Below, one piece after another: positions 28,219 through 36,754 of a stretch of DNA of 64,000 nt. The notes below the pieces were generated by a model that did no database searches, had not been told where the DNA came from, and saw nothing but the letters and a program-made list of their open reading frames with translations. The translations under genes were made by a program, and so were the position numbers. The stretch spans positions 20,290 through 84,289 of the forward strand of contig DAIRUS010000001.1 in the NCBI GenBank assembly GCA_036803205.1, given 5' to 3'. Position 1 is the first letter of the stretch, and each line of letters opens with the position of its first letter. This stretch comes from a bacterium. Its GTDB lineage: Bacteria; Patescibacteriota; Minisyncoccia; Minisyncoccales; GBS-2.

Positions 28219-29109
28219 ATGCCAGAATTACCAGAGGTTGAAACTACTGTTTTAGATTTAAAGGCAAAGATCCTGAAGAGGACCTTTGTTGACGTTTGGA
28301 CGGATTCAAAAAATTTAATTAAAAAACCAGAAAGCTTTGAGAAATTTAAAAAAGAAATTAAAGGAAAAAAAATTAAAAACATTTGGCGCCGGGGAAAGAA
28401 TATTATTTTTGAGTTGAGACAAACCGGAGTGAGACCAAAACTTTTTTTATTAATCCACCAAAAAATGACCGGGCATTTGCTTTTGGGAAAATGGAAATTA
28501 GAAAGAGAGAGATGGCAGGCAAAAAATCCCGGCCCCTTGGCTGAAGATCCGATGAATAGATTTTTGCATCTGATATTTTGGTTAAACGATGGTCAAATGC
28601 TAGCTCTTTCTGATTTAAGGAAATTTGCCAAAGCAGAATTATTAGATGAAAAAGATTTAGAAAAGGAACTAAGTGCTTTGGGTCCAGAACCTTTGGAAAA
28701 AGATTTTACTTTTGAAAAATTTAGAAAGTGTTTGGCTAAAAAAAAGAAAGGAAAAATAAAACAAGTTTTAATGGATCAAAAAGTTATTGCTGGAATCGGC
28801 AATATTTATTCTGATGAAATTTTATGGGAGGCAAGGGTGCATCCCTTTAAAGAGATTAGACAATTGGACAAAGAGGAAATGAAGAAAATTTATCAGGCGA
28901 CAAAAAAAATCTTACTAAAAGCAGTTGAGTTAGGTGGCGAATCAATTTCTGATTACCGAAAACCTTCCGGAGAAAAAGGAGGTTTTGATCCTTTAAGAAA
29001 GGTTTATCGTCGAGAAGGTGAAAAATGTTCTCTCTGTGGAGTTATTATTAAAAGAACAAAACTAGCCGGGAGATCAGCTCATTTTTGTCCCCAGTGCCAA
29101 AAACTATGA
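28219..29109 (+). CDS. mutM: formamidopyrimidine-DNA glycosylase (Fpg/MutM)
   Basis: N-terminus MPELPEVETT (catalytic Pro2/Glu3). H2TH domain. C-terminal zinc finger CSLCG...CPQCQK. Start placed at MPELPEV. Confidence 0.85.
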   Translation: MPELPEVETTVLDLKAKILKRTFVDVWTDSKNLIKKPESFEKFKKEIKGKKIKNIWRRGKNIIFELRQTGVRPKLFLLIHQKMTGHLLLGKWKLERERWQAKNPGPLAEDPMNRFLHLIFWLNDGQMLALSDLRKFAKAELLDEKDLEKELSALGPEPLEKDFTFEKFRKCLAKKKKGKIKQVLMDQKVIAGIGNIYSDEILWEARVHPFKEIRQLDKEEMKKIYQATKKILLKAVELGGESISDYRKPSGEKGGFDPLRKVYRREGEKCSLCGVIIKRTKLAGRSAHFCPQCQKL

Positions 29110-30059
29110 TTATATTTTTATATGGAACTGATACCTACAGATCTAGACAGAAGCTAAACGAGATTATCGAACATTACCAAAAACTCCACAAAAGTGGGTT
29201 GAATTTAATTTCTTTTGAAGGAGAAAAATTAGATTTCTCAGATTTCAAAAATACCCTCAATTCTTCTTCAATGTTTAAAGAGAAAAAATTGATAATTTTA
29301 AAAGAGATTTTTTCTAATCCAGTTTTTAAAGAAGAATTTTTAAAAGAAAAAGAGAAACTGGTTAAGGTTAAAGATATAATTTTAATCTATGAAAAAAAAG
29401 AAATTAACCCTAACGATTCTTTCTTTCGATTTCTCAAAAAAAATTCCAAATTTCAAGAATTTAATCCTTTAAGGGCTGAGAAATTAGAGAATTGGGTTAA
29501 AAGAGAGTTTTTAAAATATGGCAGAGAAATTGAAAGAGAGGCTTTAGATAGACTAATTGAATTCGTCGGCAATAACCTTTGGCAGATGGCAAACGAAATT
29601 AAAAAATTGGTTAATTATAAAGGATATAAAGGAAGAGAAAAAATTAAAATTAAAGATGTTCAACTTTTGGTCAGACCAAAGATTGAAACCGATATTTTTA
29701 GAACCATTGGCGCAATATCCGAAAGAAAAAAACCCTTGGCTTTACGCTTTCTTCATCAGCATTTAGAAAAAGGCGAGAACCCCTTATATTTATTGGTAAT
29801 GATTAACTTTCAGTTTCGAAATTTACTCGCCTTGCGGTCTCAATTGATGAATAAGGGTCGAATGTTTCAAATAAATGACTTAAGCAAAAAATTAGGATTA
29901 CCCCCCTTGGTAATCGGAAAGTTAATTCCTCAGGCCAGAAAATTTTCCTTAGAGGAATTAAAAAAAATCTACCAAAAAATATTTGAAGTAGATCTTAGTA
30001 TTAAGACCGGGAAAATAAAACCAGAAATAGCCTTAGATTTACTTATCACTGAGATTTGA
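29106..30059 (+). CDS. holA: DNA polymerase III delta subunit
   Basis: MIIFLYGTDTYRSRQKLNEII... delta-subunit N-terminus. About 318 aa. ATGA overlap with the fpg stop. Confidence 0.65.
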   Translation: MIIFLYGTDTYRSRQKLNEIIEHYQKLHKSGLNLISFEGEKLDFSDFKNTLNSSSMFKEKKLIILKEIFSNPVFKEEFLKEKEKLVKVKDIILIYEKKEINPNDSFFRFLKKNSKFQEFNPLRAEKLENWVKREFLKYGREIEREALDRLIEFVGNNLWQMANEIKKLVNYKGYKGREKIKIKDVQLLVRPKIETDIFRTIGAISERKKPLALRFLHQHLEKGENPLYLLVMINFQFRNLLALRSQLMNKGRMFQINDLSKKLGLPPLVIGKLIPQARKFSLEELKKIYQKIFEVDLSIKTGKIKPEIALDLLITEI

Positions 30060-30309
30060 AGATTAATTTTGTAATCCTTGATTTTTTCCTAGCAGCAGTA
30101 TTTTTCTTGATGAGAGCTTTTTTAGCTGCCTTATCTAAAACTTTATAAACTTGGGGCAACAATTTTTTTGCCTCTTCAATCTTCTTTTGAGAAACCAATC
30201 TCTTTACCTCTTTAATTAGGCTTTTTATTTTTTCTTTTTTTTGGATATTTCTGGCCCTTCTTTTTAAATTTTGACGAAGGGCTTTTTTTGCTGATTTAGT
30301 AATAGGCAT
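30046..30309 (-). CDS. rpsT: 30S ribosomal protein S20
   Basis: MPITKSAKKALRQNLKRRARNIQKKEKIKSLIKEV...; 87 aa, basic. Confidence 0.85.
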   Translation of the reverse strand: MPITKSAKKALRQNLKRRARNIQKKEKIKSLIKEVKRLVSQKKIEEAKKLLPQVYKVLDKAAKKALIKKNTAARKKSRITKLIFKSQ

Positions 30310-30371
30310 TTTTTTAGATTAACATATTTTGAAAGTTTTTTCAATATGTTAAAATAAAAATTGATTTTATT

Positions 30372-30800
30372 ATGGAAAAACCTTCAATCCAAGGAGAACC
30401 CCCACTTGAAAAAGGAATGTCAGCTGAAGAACATCCTGAAATTGAAGAATTAAAAAAGAGAATTGAAAAACTGGAAGCGCGTTTAGAAAGAAAAAAAATA
30501 CCCGAGGAAAGAGAAAAGATTATTAAACAGGAAATTAAGGCTTACCTTCAAAGGATTCAAAAAATGCCTTCTTTTGCCGCTCCTCGGACAGCGAGAGATG
30601 AAGCAAAAGAAATAGCAGTTCTTCCCCCCAGCCAACAAGTTGGAGCCTTAATTTCTCTTGTTTTTGAAAAAAGCTTAAAAGAAGCAATCTCGATTGCTAG
30701 GACCCTTAATAATCCAGCGATTTTAGACGAATTTCATGATATTTTAGTTGACCGTTATTATCAAACTCTTGTTGAAAAAGGAATTTTAAAATCTTTATAA
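30372..30800 (+). CDS. hypothetical coiled-coil protein, translationally coupled to the downstream T4CP gene
   Basis: Charged coiled-coil N-terminus. Stop lies 3 nt before the T4CP start. No recognisable motif. Confidence 0.4.
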   Translation: MEKPSIQGEPPLEKGMSAEEHPEIEELKKRIEKLEARLERKKIPEEREKIIKQEIKAYLQRIQKMPSFAAPRTARDEAKEIAVLPPSQQVGALISLVFEKSLKEAISIARTLNNPAILDEFHDILVDRYYQTLVEKGILKSL

Positions 30801-30802
30801 AA

Positions 30803-33265
30803 ATGCCATTTTTTTTCTTGAATTTGATTTTCTTTTTCTTATTTCTTTTTATACTATTTTTTATCATTTACCTCTTTTTAAGGGGTGGGAAAATAAAAGG
30901 TTTTTTTAATCGGAGTATGAACCTGGCTCTTTTTTTGGTCACTCTTCCTCAACGGATTGAAAAAGAAATTTCTTTGCCAGAACATCTCAAGCTAGCCGAA
31001 CAATTCTATGCTTCTTTAGCTGGTCTTCAAGAAAAAAATAAATTTTTAAAATTTTTAATCGGCAATCCGGTCTTAGTTTTCGAAATTGCTGTCCATCGAA
31101 TTGGAGAGGAAATTTATTTTTATGTCGCTTGCCCCCGATCGATTTCTCAGTTAATGGAGAAGCAAATTCTCGGCTTTTGGCCCAAAGCCCAAGTTCAGCC
31201 GGTTTCTGACTATAATATTTTCAATCCGGTTGGTTTTTCGGTTGGGAGCGAGGCTTTTTTGGCAAAGTCAGCTGTTTTACCATTGAAATCTTCAAAAGAT
31301 TTTGGAACCGATCCCCTTTCAGCTATCACTTCGGTTTTTACCAAATTAGCCCGCGAAGGAGAAGGAGCGGCTATTCAAATTTTATTTCGACCGAGTCAAT
31401 CTCAAATTAAGAAAATTAGTCAGAACGTGATTAATCTATTAAAAGGCGGAATGCAACTTGAAGGAGCTTTAAAAAATGCTCAGGCAGCCACCGGTATTGG
31501 CGGTTTTCTTAAAGTCCCAGGTGAAATCTTCTCAGCTAAACCTATTCAAACAACAAAAACCTCTGAGAAAACTTTTTTTCCGCCACCAATCACCGCCGAA
31601 CAACAAGAGATTATATCTACCCTTGATAAAAAATCAGCCCAACCTCTTTTTGATGTTAATCTAAGAATTTTAACCTCTGCCCTCACCGAAATCAGGGCTC
31701 AAGAAATTCTTAGCCAATTGGAGATTTCTTTTGGACAATTCAACAGCCCGGTTTTAAATCAGATTAAATTTAAAAAACTCTCAGGCCGGAGGTTAAAAGA
31801 GCTTTTTTATAATTTTTCTTTTAGAATTTTTAATGAGTCGGCAACAATGCTTCTTTCTTCAGAAGAATTAGCCAATCTTTATCATTTTCCCTCTTCAAGC
31901 TTGCTCACCCCTTACATCAAATGGTTGAAAGGCAGACAGGCTCCTCCGCCCCCAAATCTTCCCCGAGAAGGCATTATTATTGGCAAAAATGTTTTTCGCT
32001 CTGAAGAAAGGTTGGTTCCAATTTTGAGAGACGACCGACGACGTCACTTTTATATCATCGGCCAGACAGGAACGGGAAAATCAGTTTTACTCCAAGAGAT
32101 GATGAGGCAAGATATGAGGGTTGGCGAAGGCGTAGCCTTGATTGATCCCCACGGCGATTTAGCCGAAAGAGTTTTAGGATTGATTCCTTCTTCTCGGATT
32201 GAAGATGTGATCTATTTTGATCCTGGGGATATTGAAAGACCGCTTGGTTTAAATATGCTTGAATACGATATTAAATTTCCCGAATCAAAAATTTTTGTTG
32301 TCAATGAGCTTTTGGAAATTTTTGAAAAACTCTATAATCTCAAAGCCTTAGGTTTTGGGGGGCCGGTTTTCGAGCAATATATGAGAAATGCCCTTTTATT
32401 GGTAATGGAAGATCCCGAATCGGGAAACACTTTAATTGAAGTCCCAAGAGTTTTAGCTGATAAAGATTTTCGGAAATATAAACTTTCGCGCTGCCAAAAT
32501 ATAGTAGTCAAAAATTTCTGGGAGTTAGAAGCAGAAAAAGTCGGCGGAGAAGCGGCTTTAGCCAATATGGTTCCTTACCTCACCAGTAAAATGAATATTT
32601 TTATTGCCAACGATTTAGTCCGACCGATTATTGCTCAACAATCTTCTTCTTTTAATTTCCGAGAAGTAATGGATCAAGGAAAAATTTTAATTATTAACCT
32701 TTCTAAAGGCAAATTGGGTGATATAAATAGTTATCTTTTAGGAATGATTACTGTGGGTAAAATTTTAATTGCTGCTTTTTCTCGGGCCGATATTCCCGAA
32801 GAAAAGAGGCGGGATTTTTATCTTTATATTGATGAATTTCATAATGTGACCACCAGAACGATTATTTCCGCCCTAGCTGAAGCAAGAAAATATCGGCTCA
32901 ATTTAATTCTTTCCCATCAATTCATCGGGCAACTTGACGAAGAAACGAGGAAGGCTATTTTTGGCAACGTTGGTTCAATGTTAACCTTTAGATTAGGACC
33001 TGACGATGCAAAATATTTGATTACTGAGTATGAACCGGTTTTTGATGAAAATGACTTTGTTAACCTCGACAATTATAATGCCGCCCTACGCCTTCTGATT
33101 AATGGTGAAGCTTCCAAACCTTTTAACATTGTTACTTTTCCGCCGAGCAAAAGTAATCCTGAGGTTGCTAAACTTGTAAAAGAATATTCCCGTGCTAAAT
33201 ATGGTCGTGACCGTACCTTAGTAGAGTCAGATCTCTATCAGCGACTTTCAAAAAGTTATTTTTAA
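30803..33265 (+). CDS. type IV secretion coupling protein (TrwB/TraD/VirD4 family ATPase)
   Basis: N-terminal TM helices. Walker A FYIIGQTGTGKSVLLQEMM, then VALIDPHGDL (compare TrwB ...GATGTGKSVLLREL...VIVDPNGDM, recalled from memory). Walker B YLYIDEFHNV (T4CP-type DEF). LILSHQ. Confidence 0.75.
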   Translation: MPFFFLNLIFFFLFLFILFFIIYLFLRGGKIKGFFNRSMNLALFLVTLPQRIEKEISLPEHLKLAEQFYASLAGLQEKNKFLKFLIGNPVLVFEIAVHRIGEEIYFYVACPRSISQLMEKQILGFWPKAQVQPVSDYNIFNPVGFSVGSEAFLAKSAVLPLKSSKDFGTDPLSAITSVFTKLAREGEGAAIQILFRPSQSQIKKISQNVINLLKGGMQLEGALKNAQAATGIGGFLKVPGEIFSAKPIQTTKTSEKTFFPPPITAEQQEIISTLDKKSAQPLFDVNLRILTSALTEIRAQEILSQLEISFGQFNSPVLNQIKFKKLSGRRLKELFYNFSFRIFNESATMLLSSEELANLYHFPSSSLLTPYIKWLKGRQAPPPPNLPREGIIIGKNVFRSEERLVPILRDDRRRHFYIIGQTGTGKSVLLQEMMRQDMRVGEGVALIDPHGDLAERVLGLIPSSRIEDVIYFDPGDIERPLGLNMLEYDIKFPESKIFVVNELLEIFEKLYNLKALGFGGPVFEQYMRNALLLVMEDPESGNTLIEVPRVLADKDFRKYKLSRCQNIVVKNFWELEAEKVGGEAALANMVPYLTSKMNIFIANDLVRPIIAQQSSSFNFREVMDQGKILIINLSKGKLGDINSYLLGMITVGKILIAAFSRADIPEEKRRDFYLYIDEFHNVTTRTIISALAEARKYRLNLILSHQFIGQLDEETRKAIFGNVGSMLTFRLGPDDAKYLITEYEPVFDENDFVNLDNYNAALRLLINGEASKPFNIVTFPPSKSNPEVAKLVKEYSRAKYGRDRTLVESDLYQRLSKSYF

Positions 33266-33421
33266 TTTACCATTTATTTAATTTATAATTATATATATAA
33301 CCAAATTTTGAATTTAGTAGAAAAAAGAGTAGAAAGAGGCAGGAAAAAGAGATTAAAAGACTTCACAAAAAAAGTCACCAAATAAAAAAAAGGTCGAAAA
33401 TAAATCATAAAAATAAAAAAT

Positions 33422-34102
33422 ATGCCTGAGTTTGGATTTCAATTTGAAGGGAAACCTCAACAACCTAAAACGGAAAGAAGAGAAGACAGAGAAGAAAGGG
33501 AAAGAAGAGAAAAAATAGCCCATGTTCAGGAACTTGTTTCACCCACTAGCAAAAGAGACGACCTTTATGAACTGATAACAAGGGAAGTTTACAAAGGAAG
33601 TGACTTGCAAGAAGAGCGTAAAGCCAGATTAAGGGAAATTGGATACGACCCTAATTACTTAGAACAAGTAGGGAAAGATAATATAAGGCGCTGGGAAGAA
33701 TTGATAAATAAAACAAGCTTTGAAGGAGGATTATCTCCACGAGAACAGGAAGAATCCAAAAGGCTTTTTGGTTTATGTTTTAGAGAACAAGAAGGAAAAG
33801 GATTTCGGCATTCTGAATTAACTATCGGAGCTATGACTGAATTTTCAAGACAAATAGGAAAGCTAATGGCGGCAGGATTAGAAGGAGACCCTAAAAAACG
33901 AGAGGAAACATTTTTTGGATCGTCGTCGGTCGAAATTTCGCCCCAAATGGTAGAAAGATTTGTTAAAGAAAGAAACTCAGAAAAGATGGAAGAAGTTGCC
34001 AAAAAGATGAATTCTATTATTGAAAAAATTGAGAGTCCAGATAAGCAAAAACAATATACGGCGATCAGAGGATTTTTATTTCGAGAATCCAAAGAAAAAT
34101 AA
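33422..34102 (+). CDS. hypothetical charged (K/E/R-rich) protein
   Basis: ORF only. Low-complexity N-terminus. No motif recognised. Confidence 0.4.
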   Translation: MPEFGFQFEGKPQQPKTERREDREERERREKIAHVQELVSPTSKRDDLYELITREVYKGSDLQEERKARLREIGYDPNYLEQVGKDNIRRWEELINKTSFEGGLSPREQEESKRLFGLCFREQEGKGFRHSELTIGAMTEFSRQIGKLMAAGLEGDPKKREETFFGSSSVEISPQMVERFVKERNSEKMEEVAKKMNSIIEKIESPDKQKQYTAIRGFLFRESKEK

Positions 34103-34205
34103 GACGTTAAAGTAGAACGAAAATTTGCCTCGTACGTCTAAAAAATAAAAGTAAAAACATTGGAAAGTTTATCGGCCAGAAATAGAAAAAGAAAATAAAA
34201 TTATT

Positions 34206-35006
34206 ATGCCTTTTGAACAAGAAAAATTTGAAAGACCACCGGAAATAAATCCAAAACAAGAAGGTAAAGAAAAAAAAGAAAAGGAGGAAGAAAAATTCAG
34301 AGAATTTTTAGCTCAACAAATTTCTCGTCCAGAAGGTGAGTGGAGTGAAGAATTTAGAAATTATATTAAAAAAAAGGATCGTGAAAAAACCGATTGTGAA
34401 AAAACCGCCGAGATTCTAGAAAGATCTATAGAAGAAGAACAGCAATTAACATTTGAAAGGTATCTTAAGGGACTGGATTTAAGGGAAGAAGATTTAAGGA
34501 GAAAAAGGATATTGGATTTGGGTTGTGGAAAGGGAGAATTTGTAAAAGAATGTTTGGAAAGAAAATTAACTTCTAAGGCTTATGGTTTAGATTTAAAAGT
34601 AGAACCCTCAGACCATTTTATCCAAGGGAACTTTGAAGATAAAGCCTCTTTTTCAAAAATTCCTCAAGAAGAATTCGACTATATTGTCTCTTTTGGCGCC
34701 ATAGAAGCTCCGGCCTCTGAAGAAGAGGAAGGGGTTTTTAATCCAAGAGCAACATTAAAGAATGCTTTAGGTGTACTTAAAGAAAATGGCGAGATTAGAA
34801 TTTATCCTCTTCGTAGAGCCCCTCCTGAAAGTGGATTAAAAGGAATTGAATTTGCCAGAAAGAAATGGATGGAGACATTAGAAACTTTATTTAAAGAAGA
34901 GAACATTAAATATGAACTGAAACCAATTGATATTGGGGTAGATGGAAAAAAACCCGATGTTTGGTTAAAGGAAGTTTTAATAATTAAAAAAGGAAAATCT
35001 CGTTAA
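34206..35006 (+). CDS. hypothetical protein with class I SAM-methyltransferase-like motif I
   Basis: RILDLGCGKGEFVKE... (motif I) ...LDLK (motif II acidic). Highly charged N-terminal 90 aa. Confidence 0.45.
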   Translation: MPFEQEKFERPPEINPKQEGKEKKEKEEEKFREFLAQQISRPEGEWSEEFRNYIKKKDREKTDCEKTAEILERSIEEEQQLTFERYLKGLDLREEDLRRKRILDLGCGKGEFVKECLERKLTSKAYGLDLKVEPSDHFIQGNFEDKASFSKIPQEEFDYIVSFGAIEAPASEEEEGVFNPRATLKNALGVLKENGEIRIYPLRRAPPESGLKGIEFARKKWMETLETLFKEENIKYELKPIDIGVDGKKPDVWLKEVLIIKKGKSR

Positions 35007-35052
35007 TTTCTACGCTTCAAAAAAAGAAAAGCGTTAATAATCAAAAAAAATA

Positions 35053-35907
35053 ATGAAATTTGAAAAATTTGAAAGTTTTAGCCAAAAGATTGAACAAGTC
35101 GGAAGCAGAGAACAGAAAGAAAGAGACATAGAGAGAAAGAGGGGGATAGAAACGTTAAATAGCAAAATTGAAGAAGACGTCGAAAGATTAAGAGAATTTT
35201 TACCACTGACAGCTGAAGGTCGCATTGATCCTAATAGTTTTGAAGAAGTTTATTCTCGAGAGAAAATAGAAGAGGATAAAAAATGGACACAAGCTAAAGA
35301 AGAAGAATATAAAAGTAGAGGAAATCCCGAGGCGAGAAAAAAGGGAGAATTAAGGGAAAAAGTTACCCTATTAATTTTGAATAAATTTTTCGGGCCATTA
35401 ATAACGGTTAGAACGGCAGAGATAGATGATAAGAAGCGACATAGCGATTTTCTTTTTTTTGACCCGGAAAGTGGAAAGGTGATTTGCGGAGCCGATAGTG
35501 GTTCGCCGGAAGGACCACTGCATCAAGAAAAAAAGAAAACGATTTTTGAAAAAAACATAGGGGTTTTGCCAGGAGAAGGAGGGGTGAAAATAGATTACGG
35601 AGCGATTTTAAGGAAAAGAGGCGACAAGATTGAAACCATTCTTACTTCTCTTTCTCGTCTTCCTCTTTTTGGCGTTTACATTTCAGATAATGAAATGGAA
35701 GAATATTTGCAGACTTTAGGTCGTCAAGATTACTCAGAAACCGAAAAAATAGAAAGAAAAATCGCTCGAAATATCACCCAAAATTTTCAAGAACAAGCTG
35801 CAACATTAAAAAAAGAAAAATTGCACCCGAGGGTAGCTGAAGGAATCGAATCTTTTGAAAAAGTTTTGAACTCTATTTCGAAAAATTTAGAAAATAAAGA
35901 ACAATAA
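35053..35907 (+). CDS. hypothetical protein, paralog A of a two-member family
   Basis: KGELREKVTLLILNKFFGPLITVRTAEIDDKKRHSDFLFFDPESGKVICGAD... aligns with the next gene. Confidence 0.45.
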   Translation: MKFEKFESFSQKIEQVGSREQKERDIERKRGIETLNSKIEEDVERLREFLPLTAEGRIDPNSFEEVYSREKIEEDKKWTQAKEEEYKSRGNPEARKKGELREKVTLLILNKFFGPLITVRTAEIDDKKRHSDFLFFDPESGKVICGADSGSPEGPLHQEKKKTIFEKNIGVLPGEGGVKIDYGAILRKRGDKIETILTSLSRLPLFGVYISDNEMEEYLQTLGRQDYSETEKIERKIARNITQNFQEQAATLKKEKLHPRVAEGIESFEKVLNSISKNLENKEQ

Positions 35908-35911
35908 CACT

Positions 35912-36754
35912 ATGCCATTTGAAAGTCTTGAAAAAAGACCTTCTATTTCAGAGAAAAAAGATGAATCTCGCGAAAAGCTTGAAACTATACTCGGAAAACT
36001 GGCTGAAGGGCTAGGCAAATTAGGTTTTCCGATAGATACAGAATGCCGGATTAAACCCGAAGTTTTTTCAAAAATAATTCCATCGGAAGAAATTAAAAGG
36101 GATTTAAAATATGTTGGAGAAATGGAAGAAAAATTTTCGGCCGAAGATAAAAGTAAAGAAAAAAAGGGTGAATTGTTAGAAATGTATGTTACTCTTTTAT
36201 TGAATAAATATTTAAACAAAGAAAAATTTGCCATTGTGAGAACTTCGAGATATGACGATATTAAAAATGGTGCCGATCATCTTTTCCTTGATATTAAAAC
36301 GGGCGAAGTTGTTGGTATTTTTGATGTCGTTTCGGCTGTGGGAGATGAACGTCACAGAGAAAAAACTCAGAATTTTTTTGAAAATAATTTAGGTAAATTA
36401 CTGGGGGGAACCGAAATCAAATATGGGATAGGGATAAAAAAAGAAGATGGCAAAATTTTATTTGAACCTCGCTCTTATACAAAAACGCCCCTTCCTCTTT
36501 TTTGTCTTGCTCTTAGCCCAGAAGAACTAGAAACGGCTATTAAAAAATTTAATTCTCCAGAAAAAGAGGATAGGGAGTATGAAAGAAAAATGGCGCTTTA
36601 TTTTTTACTTTGCCTTCAATATCAATGCGAACTTTTAGAGAAAAAAGAATTAGTTTTAAAACCAACGCTTTACGAGAAAGTCAAGCATTTAAAAGAGAAC
36701 CTAGATCCTATCGTGAAAAAACATCAAGAAGACCTCAGGTTAAGGAATTTTTAA
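35912..36754 (+). CDS. hypothetical protein, paralog B
   Basis: KGELLEMYVTLLLNKYLNKEKFAIVRTSRYDDIKNGADHLFLDIKTGEVVGIFD... aligns with the previous gene. Only 4 nt separate the two. Confidence 0.45.
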   Translation: MPFESLEKRPSISEKKDESREKLETILGKLAEGLGKLGFPIDTECRIKPEVFSKIIPSEEIKRDLKYVGEMEEKFSAEDKSKEKKGELLEMYVTLLLNKYLNKEKFAIVRTSRYDDIKNGADHLFLDIKTGEVVGIFDVVSAVGDERHREKTQNFFENNLGKLLGGTEIKYGIGIKKEDGKILFEPRSYTKTPLPLFCLALSPEELETAIKKFNSPEKEDREYERKMALYFLLCLQYQCELLEKKELVLKPTLYEKVKHLKENLDPIVKKHQEDLRLRNF

